A DNA stretch of 61,861 nucleotides, filler included, from Squatina squatina (taxonomy: Eukaryota), in the NCBI GenBank assembly GCA_031763465.1. It is 3 parts of 3 records of this genome, joined end to end, with 100 filler letters (N's around TTAATTAATTAA, not from the genome) between each part and the next. Parts side by side here need not be neighbours in the genome. Positions count along the whole stretch, not along the records: positions 47,647 to 61,861 come from JARFOE010000016.1; 2 more parts are not named here. One strand, written 5' to 3'. Numbering within the stretch: position 1 is the stretch's first letter; the number at the start of each line of letters is the position of its first letter. Of this stretch, positions 48,779-60,620 are shown piece by piece. The translations under genes were made by a program, and so were the position numbers. The notes beneath the pieces are model-generated. The model worked only from the letters and a program-made list of their open reading frames with translations. It had not been told where the DNA came from and made no database searches.

Positions 48779-50434
48779 GTGCAAAGTCCTTTTTGGTGTG
48801 CTGTTATGTTGAGTTTAGTGCACTGATCCAGCCGAAATTCATTTTCTGCCAGGAAGTCATGAAGAGTACTATAACACTCAGTTTGGTTGTTTTCCAAACA
48901 CCTTTTCCAGAACTCTAACTTCTTTATCATAGATTCAACTCGGTCTCGCACATTGAAAACTGTTATATTGAGACCTTGAAGAGATAAATTTAGGCCATTG
49001 ATCCTCGAGAAAATATCTGTTAAATAATCTAGACTCTGGAGCTAGACATGATTTTCCATGCAGCTGATGAGGTGGCTGTTGAAAAAGAAAATGTTGTTTT
49101 CCGCTCTTAGCTCAAACAAGCGCACAAGGATTTTGCCCCATGAGAGCCATGTAACTTTGGTATGGGTCAACAAACAATTGTGTACACTACCCATTTCTTC
49201 ACAAAGTGCCTGAAATATTCTAGAATTTGTTGGCCGTGATTTTATGAAATTCACTCTTTTCACTGCATTAACCAGCACTTCCTTCAGTCCCTCAAGCATG
49301 AGTTTTGCCACTAGAGCTTGTCTATGGATACTGCAATGAGTCCAAGAGAGGCTTGGTGCAACTTTTTTTTGTTTGAGTTACAAATCCGGTATACTTCCCT
49401 GTCATTGATGTGGCCCCATCAGTACAGATGCCTAGGCAACGAGACCAATCTATTTCATTTTCTTGAAAATGTGTATTGGTCAGATTGAAGATATCTTCTC
49501 CAGTTGTACGTGTTGTCAAAACAACAATTCTTCTTCAACCGTACCTTAATTTACATATTGTGCAAACACTAGCAAAATAGCGATTCGTAACATCAGTTGA
49601 TTCACCCAACTGTATAGCATAATATTTTTCACTCTCTGTACAATTGTGGTCTCACCATTACTTGACATGTCATTAATTCTCTGCAATAAATGTATTATTG
49701 GACAAAGGTACCATGTCAATCTTTTTTGCAGCCTTTTCTCCGNNNNNNNNNNNNNNNNNNNNNNNNNNNNNNNNNNNNNNNNNNNNNNNNNNNNNNNNNN
49801 NNNNNNNNNNNNNNNNNNNNNNNNNNNNNNNNNNNNNNNNNNCAGTTGATTCATCCAACTGTATAGCATAATATGGACTATTTTTCACTGTACAATTGTG
49901 GTCTCAACATTACTCGACATGTCATTAATTCTCCGCGACAATGCATTATTGGACAAACGTACCATGTCAATCTTTTTTGCAGCCTTTTCTTCGAACATGC
50001 ACTGAATTACATATTGCATACGTGGATCAATCAAGCTCTCTGCTATGGTATGGGCTTCTGAAGCTTTTGATACTCTAGCTCACTCAGTACGACGCTCCAA
50101 GTGCTTTTTCGTTCAGTCCTTGCTTTGGATACAAAACTGGTAATGTCACTTTTCCGCTTGAAAAAATCAACAGGCTTGCTGAGTTGTGTGGGGTGCCTAG
50201 TTTCTAAGTGGCGCCGAAGTAGAGAAGGTTTGAGGCTGCTGTTTGCTAGATCACCACAAATTACGCACTGTGGTTTTGGGCACTTTTGATCAACCAACGC
50301 ATGTAAAGCCATATTTTATATAATCGCCATATTTTCTTTTCTTAATAAGTGACTTTCCCAGACCATCTTGATCATTTGACTCAGATGTTTCAACTTTGGA
50401 CCTGACAAAACACTAGCTGATGTCAACTTTTCCG
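48779..50434 (-). mobile_element. hAT Buster/Charlie-type DNA transposase (ZBED5/SCAND3-like), decayed; built from two different copies
   Basis: KRKYGDYIKYGF; BED finger PQCVICG..KPSLLRRHLETRH; YAIQLDEST; CTDGATSMTG; WTHCSIHRQALVAK; VNFIKSRPTNSRIF..TWLSWGKILVRLFELR; LNLSLQG..KLEFWK; multiple frameshifts. Confidence 0.95.
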
Positions 50435-50534
50435 NNNNNNNNNNNNNNNNNNNNNNNNNNNNNNNNNNNNNNNNNNNNNNNNNNNNNNNNNNNNNNNNNN
50501 NNNNNNNNNNNNNNNNNNNNNNNNNNNNNNNNNN

Positions 50535-50788
50535 GCACTATTTGAAGAAGAGCTGGGGAGTTCTCCCCGATGTCCTGGCCAATAATTATCCTTCAAACAC
50601 CAACATTAAAACAGATTTTCTGGTCATTATCACATTGCTGTTTGTGGGAGCTTGCTGTGTGCAAACTGGCTGTTGTGTTTCCTACATTACAACAGTGACT
50701 ACACTTCAAAAGAACTTCATTGGCTGTAAAGCGCTTGAGGATGTCCAGAGGTCACAAAAGACCTTGTATAAATGCCAGTCTTTCTTTC
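50535..50788 (+). mobile_element. SacSINE1-like Deu-domain SINE, 3' part
   Basis: GCACTATTTGAAGAAGAGCTGGGGAGTTCTCCCCGATGTCCTGGCCAAT..TTGGCTGTAAAGCGCTT..TATAAATGCCAGTC. Confidence 0.85.
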
Positions 50789-51544
50789 ACTATCCCACAG
50801 CTTGAGTTAGTGCTTGGCTATTCACTAGATAATGTTGCTGCTAATTAAGTATTGCTCTGGGGGAATCGGCAGGGGTGGGAGGGTTAATTACTGATTCTGT
50901 CAAACTATTTGACAATATTAACACTTCCTCCAATTAGACCCTTTTGCAATCATGAAATGCTTTGGAATTTAGGGTCCTTGCACAAACTCTCTCACAAGCT
51001 GCTGTTTGTAGTCACCAGTCTATTAATACAGCAGGGAATGTCAGGTATGTGTGCTGGGCCTATGTCTCTGACACTTCACAGAGCAGTTGAAGTTACAGAC
51101 AGCTGCAGGGCCCAGGAACAGCTCCATTATGGATGACAGGCAGGGTATGGAGTCCCAGCCCGGGCCTATTGAAACATGTCGAGCTGTTTGGTTGAAGTAA
51201 AGTATGTGTTACAAACAACAGCAAAGCGGACTGGGAGACAGGGGCCGATAAATTCGGCTGTGTAGCACCTTTTTCTCGTGTGCTAACTGACCTGCTAAAC
51301 TTCCAATAAGACATCAAGAGCCCACACCTGAATCAAGCATTAGGCCCTGAACTTATGCAAATAAGGGGCCTAGCACCTGTCTGAAGCCTCCACTGCAACA
51401 TTGGTTTATCCTGATGTAGCTGGTGCCAGCTCCTGTCCAGAGCAGGATATTTGACTCCAATCGGAGTATCTTTTTGCCTTAGATCCAGCAGATTGTGGTT
51501 CTCCACACTTGGTGTTTATAGTTGAAAGTCTTTAGCAGTCACAC

Positions 51545-51868
51545 CTTGTCTCTGGATTGTTCCTGTATCGAAACACATTTTTACCTGGGCGGGTCATCAG
51601 TCTGACTCACGACCCCCTATCAGGAGGGTGGTGCACTGCCTTCAGTCTGGCTCCGACCTTTCGACCTGTCTGACTCGGGTGGCCCAACTGGGAGTTATAC
51701 TTCTTCTTAGACAGTCCCTCGGGTTCAAGGTTAACTAGCTTCCACTCCGGATTCTGAGGTGGCTAAATAGTCCAAAGTGGGAGCCGCAGATGCGGCCGCA
51801 GGTGGGGCAGGTGATACTTGAAGAGCCGGGTGGCAGGGATGAGCGTGTTGCTGCGCGCTCCTTCCTCT
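51545..51868 (-). mobile_element. RTE-clade LINE 3' end (zinc-finger) adjoining an RTE-like 5'UTR segment
   Basis: CPTCGRICGSHFGLFSHLR C-terminal finger and AAG-rich tail; 51545-51700 rc GGGCCACCCGAGTCAGACAGGTCGAAAGGTCGGAGCCAGAC resembles RTE 5'UTRs. Confidence 0.75.
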
Positions 51869-51968
51869 NNNNNNNNNNNNNNNNNNNNNNNNNNNNNNNN
51901 NNNNNNNNNNNNNNNNNNNNNNNNNNNNNNNNNNNNNNNNNNNNNNNNNNNNNNNNNNNNNNNNNNNN

Positions 51969-52378
51969 CTTTTTGAAGTGTAGCCACTGTTGCAATTTAG
52001 GAAATGTGGCAGCCAATTTGCGCACAGCAGGATTCCACAAACAGCAATGAGATAAACGACCAATGTGATGTTTTTCAGTGAAGTTGGTTGAAGGATAAAT
52101 ATTGACCAGGACACTGGGAAGAACTCTCCTGCTCTTCTTCAAAATAATACCAAGGGATCCTTTACATCCACCTGAGAGAGCAGGCGGGGCATCAGTTTAA
52201 TGTCTCATCCAAAAGATGGTACCACCGACAATACAGCATTCCTTCAGTACTGCACTGGGAGTATCCTGCTAGGTACTGTACACCACATTATGTGCTCAAG
52301 TCTCTGGAGTCAGACTATGAACCCAAGACCCTCTGACTCAGAGGCGAGAATGCTAGCGACTGTGCCACGACTGACACA
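51969..52378 (-). mobile_element. SacSINE1-like SINE with tRNA head
   Basis: rc GTGGCACAGTCGCTAGCATTCTCGCCTCTGAGTCAGAGGG..GGGTTCA head, followed by the Deu core. Confidence 0.85.
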
Positions 52379-52859
52379 CGAGCCTGCACCTCGCTTGTTT
52401 CAGGTATGCATTTGACTGCTGTTCTGTTGCTGAATCCAGTTCCAAACAAGTGAGCAAGCTACCTGTTCACAAACAGACAAGTCTGCATTAAAATTCCTCT
52501 CACACCAGTCATTCTTGGCTTGATTGTCGGAGAATCTTTGGGGAACCGAGCTGTGGTCAGGAGCCTGTGTTGTTGCCAAGTCTAACGCTAGTTTATTAAT
52601 CCCAGAAGCCAATCTTTAATGTGTTCCTTGCTCTGGGCTGCTGGTGTGAGGGTAGCAGTGAGTAAGGCTGACTTTGGAAGTACATGAAGTAGCTACAAAA
52701 TTCTCTGAGGTGTAAATCAAGCCTGGAGAGTGAGTGTCAAGGTAGATAGGTTAGGATCGNNNNNNNNNNNNNNNNNNNNNNNNNNNNNNNNNNNNNNNNN
52801 NNNNNNNNNNNNNNNNNNNNNNNNNNNNNNNNNNNNNNNNNNNNNNNNNNNNNNNNNNN

Positions 52860-52935
52860 GCTGCCTGACCTGCTGAGTTTTTCCAGCATTTTTTGTTTGT
52901 ATTCTAGATTCCAGCATTCGCAGTATTTCGCTTCT
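52860..52935. mobile_element. Probable Penelope-like element terminal segment
   Basis: CTGCCTGACCTGCTGAGTTTTTCCAGCATTTT..GATTCCAGCA, a motif recalled from elasmobranch repeats; family assignment uncertain. Confidence 0.45.
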
Positions 52936-52939
52936 GTAT

Positions 52940-53818
52940 TACTCTTCATTATATTTTCAGTTTCTAGATATTTTTCTATTACATCTTTGATTAAGGATTC
53001 CATTATCTCTTCTACCACTGACATTAAACTAACTGGTCTATAGTTCAATGGACTTGTTTGATCTCAATTTTTAATATAGAAATCACAATAGCTGCCTACC
53101 AGTCCCCCGGCACTATTGTCTTTCCTAAAGAATTTTTACATACATTTAATAGTGCTTCTGCTATCTCTTCACTAACTTCTTTTAATACGTGCGAATGCAA
53201 TCCATCCAGACCAGGAGTTTTATCTTCCCTAAATTTGATGAGTTCATCAATTATCCCCCCCTTTCTACCTTAATTGTCTTTATATCTTTTTTGTTCTCAT
53301 CTTTCAATGTCATGTGCTCCATGTTAGCCTCCCTGTGAAATACCAAGGCAAAGTAATTATTTAATATTTCTGCCATTTCGCCATCATTACCTGTGAGTTT
53401 ATTGTGTGTCTTTCTTAGTGGCCCTATCCCTATCCTGATTTTTTTTCTTTTGTTATTTGGGTGTATGTAGAATACATTAATATTTATTATTGTATGCCAT
53501 GATAATTTAATTTTGTAGTTTCTCTTTGCTTTGCGAATTGTTTTTTTGACCTCTTTCCTAACCTTTTCGTATTCCCTTTTCTCATCCTCTGCTTTGTTGT
53601 CTATGTATTTAGTGTATGCCTTTTCTTTAGTTTCAATGTTGCCCTTATTTCTTTATTCATCCATGGCATGTCATTACTGACTAGTTTGTTCTTGCTTTTA
53701 GTGGGATATATTTCTCCTGAACTCTCTTGATCACCGTTTTAAATGTTTCCCACTCCTGTTTTCTTTCTATGCTTGTCAATAATTCTTCCCAGTTTATTGT
53801 GCCCAGTTCCATTCTCAT
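52940..53818 (-). mobile_element. CR1 ORF2 fragment (linker to RT N-terminus)
   Basis: INWEELL..QEKYIP and NYRPVSLMSVVEEIMESLIKD. Confidence 0.92.
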
Positions 53819-53918
53819 NNNNNNNNNNNNNNNNNNNNNNNNNNNNNNNNNNNNNNNNNNNNNNNNNNNNNNNNNNNNNNNNNNNNNNNNNNNNNNNNNN
53901 NNNNNNNNNNNNNNNNNN

Positions 53919-55150
53919 TATCTCATTTAAACACTTCTTATTTTCCAAGAAGTATGCAGCCTCCGTATTCTTCCTACCAAACTGTACCACCTCATTGAAG
54001 TTCATTTGCCAATTATATGCCCAATTTGCAAGTTTATTTATGCCTTCCTGTATTTTGTCAAGGTCCTCCTCTGTATTAACTACAACACACCCCACCCCCG
54101 ACCTCCACTTTAGTGTCATCCACAAATTTTGAAATTGTACTTCCGATTCCCAACTTCAAATCGTTATATGTAAATGGTGAACCACAGCACCAATCCTCGT
54201 AGAACACAACTTCTCACCTGAAGTAAAGACTAAGTAACGACCTTTAACTCCTACTCTCTGTTTTCTGTTTAGTAGCCAGCTGGCTATCCACTCTGTTACT
54301 TGTCCTCTGACTCCACATGCCCTGACCTTAGTCATGAGTCTACTATGCCGGATCTTATCAAAGGCGTTTTGAAACTCCCATTATATTATGTCTACCACAT
54401 TACCCAGATCTCCCCTTCCTGTTACTTTTTCAAAGAATTTAGTAAGGAAGCTCAAGCATGACCTTTCCTTTTGAAATCCGTGCTGACTACTCTTTCTTAT
54501 ATTTTCAGTTTCTAAATGTTTTTCTATTACATCTTTGAGTAAGGATTCCATTATCTTTTCTACCACTGATGTTAAGCTAATTGGTCTATAGTTCCCTGGA
54601 CTTGTTCTATCTCCCTTTTTAAATAGAGGATTCACATTAGCTGTCCGTCAGTCCTCAGGCACTATTCCCTTTTCTAATGAAAGTTTATATATATGTAATA
54701 GTGCCTCTGCTTTGTCTCCCCTAACGTCTTTTAATATGCGTGGGTGCAATCCATCTGGACCAGGGATTTATCCTCTCTAAGTTTGAATAGTTTATTATCT
54801 CCCACCATTCTATCTTAAAAGTCTCTATATCTTTTTTGATCTCTTCTTCTATCATTTTGTCCACCATGTTAGTCTCCCTGGTGCATACTGAGGCAAAGTG
54901 ATTATTTAATATTTCTGCCATTTCGCTGTCATTATCTTTGAGTTTATCATGTGTATCCCGTATCTATCCTGATTTTTCTTTTGTTATTTATGTGTCTGCA
55001 GAATACTTTAATTTTTTTAATGTTCTTTGGTAATTTAGTTCTGTAGTTTCTCTTTGCCCCCCTCATTGTTTTTTTGACTTCTTTTCTAATCTTTTCATAG
55101 TCCCTTTTGTCATGCTCTCCTTTGTTATCTATGTGTTTTGCATATGTCTT
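53919..55150 (-). mobile_element. CR1 ORF2 fragment (linker through RT), second copy
   Basis: MAEILNNHFASV, LFKKGDRTSPGNYRPISLTSVV, SQHGFQKERSC, WAYNWQMNFN. Confidence 0.95.
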
Positions 55151-57229
55151 NNNNNNNNNNNNNNNNNNNNNNNNNNNNNNNNNNNNNNNNNNNNNNNNNN
55201 NNNNNNNNNNNNNNNNNNNNNNNNNNNNNNNNNNNNNNNNNNNNNNNNNNGATCACCTTACTGTTTGTTTTACGAGGCAATATTTCATAATCCATTAACT
55301 ACATAACAGGTGCTTTTCAAGGACTCTTGCGAAGAGATTGGCTGGATAATGAAAGCAAGAAATGAAGAATGAGAATCAGTCAGCGATGGGGCTCGTATGT
55401 TACTTGCAAAAGCAAATATGGCTGACATTTTCTTGGCAAGCGTTCAGAGTGGACTGGAGAGCAGTTCATTCTGACCTTTAGGATGAAGGATAGTTTAAGA
55501 GCTGCAATTTCTCTTAGAGTAAAATTACACTTGAGTGCAACCCCAGTGCACAAGTACAGTTAGCTTTATTGCATCTGGTTTTGTACCCCTTTGGTGTGCT
55601 GTGTGGAGTCACTGCAGGTGATTTGCTCAGTAGGTTAGAATGATCTGCAGTTCATGCCTCAGTTATACTGGTACAATATTTTTGGACTAGTGCAAGGTAC
55701 AACAGGGAGTTGCTTTGCCCTCTCTCCAGCCCAGGGTGACCTTTATGCACGGCTGTCAAGAACACTTTCATACAGCTCTGCTCGGTGATCTCTGACCCGC
55801 TGAAACGGTTTCCTGTTAAAAACTCAAGTTGGCCTGAGATTTCCAGTGCTGCATGATCCTGTCCTAGGACAACTCTGAATTACTAGTTCATTTCCATTAG
55901 TATTGCACGCGGAATCACCAAGAGTAGCCTTCAGGTGAAGTGGAGATAGTGGGCGGGGGACAATTGGAGCAGGGTGCGTAGATGTAATTCAGTCCCCATT
56001 TTAAACAGTGTAGGTTCTTATTTTTCATATACTTTGATTTACTTAATGGCAGTTTGGGAAGCGGAGAAGTAGTTAGTTGGAGCGGGGTATGTTTCCCTAC
56101 AGTACAGGCCGAGTAGCTGAGACACAAAAAACTGGGGTGCTACAGCACAACTGGTGACGAGGAAGTGTAATTACAGCGTGACAAGTTTACCAAGGCAGTT
56201 TTCCATTATAAATGTAGACATGGGAATTTTTAATGGGAAAGGTGTAACAGCAGAGTGTGGTTTTGTAGACAAGAAGTGCATGCAAATATTAATGGTTTTT
56301 AATGTAGATTGTGAGAAGACTTATGAGATGGTTATATTTGCTTTGGTTTGCATGAAAAATCAAATTGCAACATTTTTAACTTGAGCCTATAACTAACTGA
56401 GGGCAGTATAAAGCAGTGAGATGTTCTTGCCCAGATCATTGGGGAATCTGGCCTGTTTCTTGGGATTGTGAGAGTTAAATGTGTGTTTGACGCAGTCACG
56501 TGTACCTTTTGGTAAGTGTTGTTTACGGCTAACACAATACAGATGCTGGAATTGCCCCCAGAATGCCTGCGGAGCTCAAAGTCAGCATTGTTCCAACATC
56601 TTTCCCCCTCACTAAAAATGTCAGAATGCGTTGGGTAAGGGCCTTTCATTCTCTCTCGTTGGAAAGTGCAAAAAAATCTGAATTTAAAAAGAACAGAATG
56701 TGATGGCTGAAAGGTCATTTGTGAGGACACAGCACCCAAAGATACGTATAGAATGGGCAGGCCATTCAGCTCATCTAGCTCATCCTTCTATAGTGGCCTA
56801 TGAACCCGCCCATTCCCTCGCCACAAGCACCTCTCCATCTCCCTTAAATGCCTCCAGAGTTTTCTCTACCCAGAGGAGCACTCCAGATATTGTCCTGTGT
56901 GAAGAGAGGCCCAACCTGACAGCGCCCCTGAACCTGACTTTTCAGTTTGCCAGTTACCTTGAAACCATGCCACCTTCCAAACCAGCGCTTCTGACATGTC
57001 TTCCTTTTTCCTCAACCGAGGATTCCCCTCTACCGTGGTGGACNNNNNNNNNNNNNNNNNNNNNNNNNNNNNNNNNNNNNNNNNNNNNNNNNNNNNNNNN
57101 NNNNNNNNNNNNNNNNNNNNNNNNNNNNNNNNNNNNNNNNNNNTATTTATTTGAGTATATGAATAATTTAATATACAAAAATAGTTGCAGTGGCAATTTG
57201 TAATTAATAACAAATCTAGTATTGTGCAA

Positions 57230-58160
57230 TTAGACTGGGTTAATTAATAACCTTGCAGCAAGGGAGCCTCTGGGGTGCAGTCATAATATGATTGAATTTT
57301 ATGTTGTGTTTGAGAGTGATTTAGTTAAATCCAAAACCAAGGTCTTAAATATAAACAAAGCAAACTATGTAGGTATGAGAGGCGACTTGGCTAAAATAGG
57401 TTGGGAAACTAGATTAAAAGATATGATGGTAGATAACCAATAGCAAACATTTAAAGAAATAATTAATCATTCACAACGAATGTACGTTCCCTTAAGGAAT
57501 AAAAACCCCACTGGAAAAAGGGTCCAGTCGTGGCAAACAAGAGAAGTTAAAGATAGTATTAGATTAAAGGAAGAGGCTTTTTATGTTGCCAAAAAGAGTA
57601 GTAAGCCTGAGGATTGGGAGGATTTTAGAATTCTGCAAAAGAGGACCAAAATATTGATGATCGAGAGAAAATACACTGAGAGTAAACTAATGAGGCATAA
57701 AAACAGATTGTAAAAGCTTCTATAAGTATGTAAAAAGAAAGAGATTAGCANNNNNNNNNNAAAAGTGGGTCCATTTCAGGCAGAGACAGGTGAAATTATA
57801 ATGGGGAAGAAGGAAATGGCAGAGAAATTGAACAAATATGTTGCATCTGTCTTCACAGAAGAAGACACAAACATTCTGGAAATAGTGGGAAGCCAAGGGT
57901 CCAGTGAGAATAGAAATTTGTGTTAGTAAATAAATTGTTCTGGAGAAATTAATGGGACTAAAAGCTGACAAATCCCCTGGACCTGATGGCCTACATCCTC
58001 AGGTTTTGAAGGAGGTGGCTACAGAGTTGGTGGATGCATTCGTTTTGATCTACCAGAATTCCCTAGATTCTAGAACGGTCCCCGTGGACTGGAAGGTAGC
58101 AAACGTAACCTCCCCATTCAAGCAAGGAGCGAGAGAGAAAGCAGGGAACTATAGACCAGA
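57230..58160 (+). mobile_element. CR1 ORF2 fragment (endonuclease end to RT start)
   Basis: EPLGCSHNMIEF-like, KPEDWEDFR, KSPGPDGLHPQVLKE..VPVDWKVANV..GNYRP. Confidence 0.95.
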
Positions 58161-58279
58161 TCAGATAGCCTGACATCAANNNNNNNNNNNNNNNNNNNNN
58201 NNNNNNNNNNNNNNNNNNNNNNNNNNNNNNNNNNNNNNNNNNNNNNNNNNNNNNNNNNNNNNNNNNNNNNNNNNNNNNN

Positions 58280-58345
58280 CAGTCGTGTCCCAATAGAATG
58301 GTGGAGCAGGCTCGAGGGGCTGAATGACATACTCCTGTTCCTAAA
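58280..58345 (+). mobile_element. CR1 3' tail
   Basis: AATAGAATGGTGGAGCAGGCTCGAGGGGCTGAATGACATACTCCTGTTCCT. Confidence 0.85.
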
Positions 58346-59244
58346 AGGCCAGTGTTCGAGGAACAGAGTCCTCGAAGAGCATAGGAGTGGAGGAGGTTGC
58401 TGGGTTAGGGTATGATATTTTTGATTCCTTCGTGTCCAGTCAAGGTCATTGTTTGATGGCCTTCACGTATAAGTGAATGCAAACTATGGTTTCAGGCGTT
58501 TTATCAGGACCGCTAGATAACGTTCCTGCTTTCAGGCATGCGCTTTTCTAGAGCATACAGTGTTTGGTATGCAGCCTCACACCACTGCCAACAAACTTAA
58601 AATACTCTGCTGGCCTGGCAAACCTTTTTCAAGACAGCTGCTGTTGAGAGGCTGGTGATATGGCTACGCTATTCAGCGATTATACTGTAATCTCGGATCT
58701 TGCTGTTGGAATTGGTCAGAGAAAATAAATGCATGACTGGAAGGGAGCCCATCTCGGCTTCAGGGAGAATGCACGTTGGCAGATTTTAACCATTCCTTGG
58801 AAGAAGTAAGTGTTTCTTTGGCAAAAAGCTTCCGCCCCACTCCTTCCCTCCAGGTTTATCTGTGAATAATTGTGTTTGGAAATTTAATGAGCATGGGTGT
58901 TTTCCGAGGGAGGGAGGGAAGGAGGTCTGATGGATTTAAATCAGTCGCTGTACTTGTGTGCAATGATTTGGATGTTTGAACGGAGGTCTGGCTGAGTTGT
59001 GTTTTGTTTTGTTGCTGGTTGCTGTGCTCCCACTAAATGAAGCAAATTCTTAAAGTCCACGTAGAGGGGAGTTTCAACTAGAAAACTGCGACATTACTAC
59101 CCTCAGTTTCTCAGTTTTTCCACTCCAGATTTCTCTCGCGATGGCTTGTGGCAGAAGGATATGAATTGTACAAGTAGGTAAATGGCATATTATAATAAAT
59201 AGACTGATTAGCTGGATTTTTTTTTAAAGTTTCAGTATTTTTGC

Positions 59245-59607
59245 AGTCAGCTTGTAGCATTCTTGCCTAGAATCAGTCGATTGTGTGCTCACGCCCCACT
59301 ACAGACTTGAGTGCACAATCGGTGAACTACTGAGGGAGCGCTCAGTTGTTGGAGGTGCCGTCTTTCAGATGAGACTTTAAACTGAGCATCTGCCCTCTCA
59401 GGTGGATGTAAAAGATCCCACGGCACTATTTTGAAGAACAGGGGCATTCTCATGGTCAGCATTTATCCCTCGGCCAACACCACCAATAGCAGATTAACTG
59501 GTCATGCATCTCACTGATGTTAGTGAGATCTTGCTGTGCGCAATTGGCTACCTTGTTTGCCTGCATACCAACAGGGACGGCACTTCAAAAATACTTCAGT
59601 GGTGGTG
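59245..59607 (+). mobile_element. SacSINE1-like Deu-domain SINE
   Basis: GGAGGTGCCGTCTTTCAGATGAGAC.TTAAAC..CTCTCAGGTGGATGTAAAAGATCCCACGGCACTATTT. Confidence 0.85.
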
Positions 59608-59707
59608 NNNNNNNNNNNNNNNNNNNNNNNNNNNNNNNNNNNNNNNNNNNNNNNNNNNNNNNNNNNNNNNNNNNNNNNNNNNNNNNNNNNNNNNNNNNNN
59701 NNNNNNN

Positions 59708-59845
59708 AACTCGCATCATAATTTCCTTTATTTATATTCAGGACACTAGTCTCAAAATCAATTACGTCACTCTCCATCTTAATGAAGAATTCTATCATAT
59801 TATGGTCACTCTTCCCCAAGGGAGCTCGCACAACAAGATTGCTAA
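59708..59845 (-). mobile_element. CR1 endonuclease C-terminal fragment
   Basis: RAPLGKSDHNMIEFFIKMESD. Confidence 0.9.
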
Positions 59846-60561
59846 TTCATCCTTTCTCATGGATCCTATAGTTACATCATGTATTAGAGCCAATTTCTTT
59901 TAATTCCTCCTGGCAGCTAAAATACAATCAAGTTCTGTCATCCTCCAAATGGAGATAATAATCGTGCACTCGTGGTCTGATGGTGTGGAAGTGTCGCAAT
60001 ATTGCACAACCTAATCATACATACTGATGTATCTCTAAGACTGGTGGAAAACGTTTAGATATTGTCCTTGACTTTATATCCTTCGGATATGTATCCTAAT
60101 ATAAATCCTTTGGCACTGAGTTCTGCACGATCAGTGCAGCAGGTGGCTCGGAACAAGCATGAAATTGCCATTGAGAGAGAGAGGACCGTCTTATTCAACT
60201 ACTTCCGTAGGGGAGGCGAGATCATGAAGTGCAATTGAGCACTCAATCCAAATTCAACGCTTCGCTTCGACACTGAAAGCGTTTTTAATCTTCAAATGAT
60301 CGATTAATTTTCAGTATCACTAAAAATATTTCTTAAAAAATGTGGAAACAATTGCAGCTCTGTAATAAGTGTGGTCATCCACATGTCAGCATGGAAACTG
60401 AGTAGAATCCCAATAACTTTTCCAGATTAACGCTGGTACGGAGTAGGCAAATCTTTCTGTTCGAACATTCATTTGAGGAAAGATACGCTTTATGTAATCA
60501 GACAACCGAATTCACTGTCATTCGCTGCTGATATTCTCTTCACTGTTAAATTTAGTCCAAT

Positions 60562-60620
60562 GATGCCCCTGTGAAGCACCTTCTACGTTAAAGACGGTAT
60601 ATAAATGCAAGTTGTTGTAT
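60562..60620 (+). mobile_element. L2-type tail remnant
   Basis: CTGTGAAGCACC..CTACGTTAAAGACGGTATATAAATGCAAGTTGTTGT. Confidence 0.65.

Noticed and set aside
48779-50434. Domesticated ZBED5/SCAND3-like host gene
   Set aside because: Multiple frameshifts and two divergent copies indicate a transposon relic, so no gene symbol is assigned
56332-56739. 135-aa minus-strand ORF
   Set aside because: Non-protein-like composition; no motif or splice support
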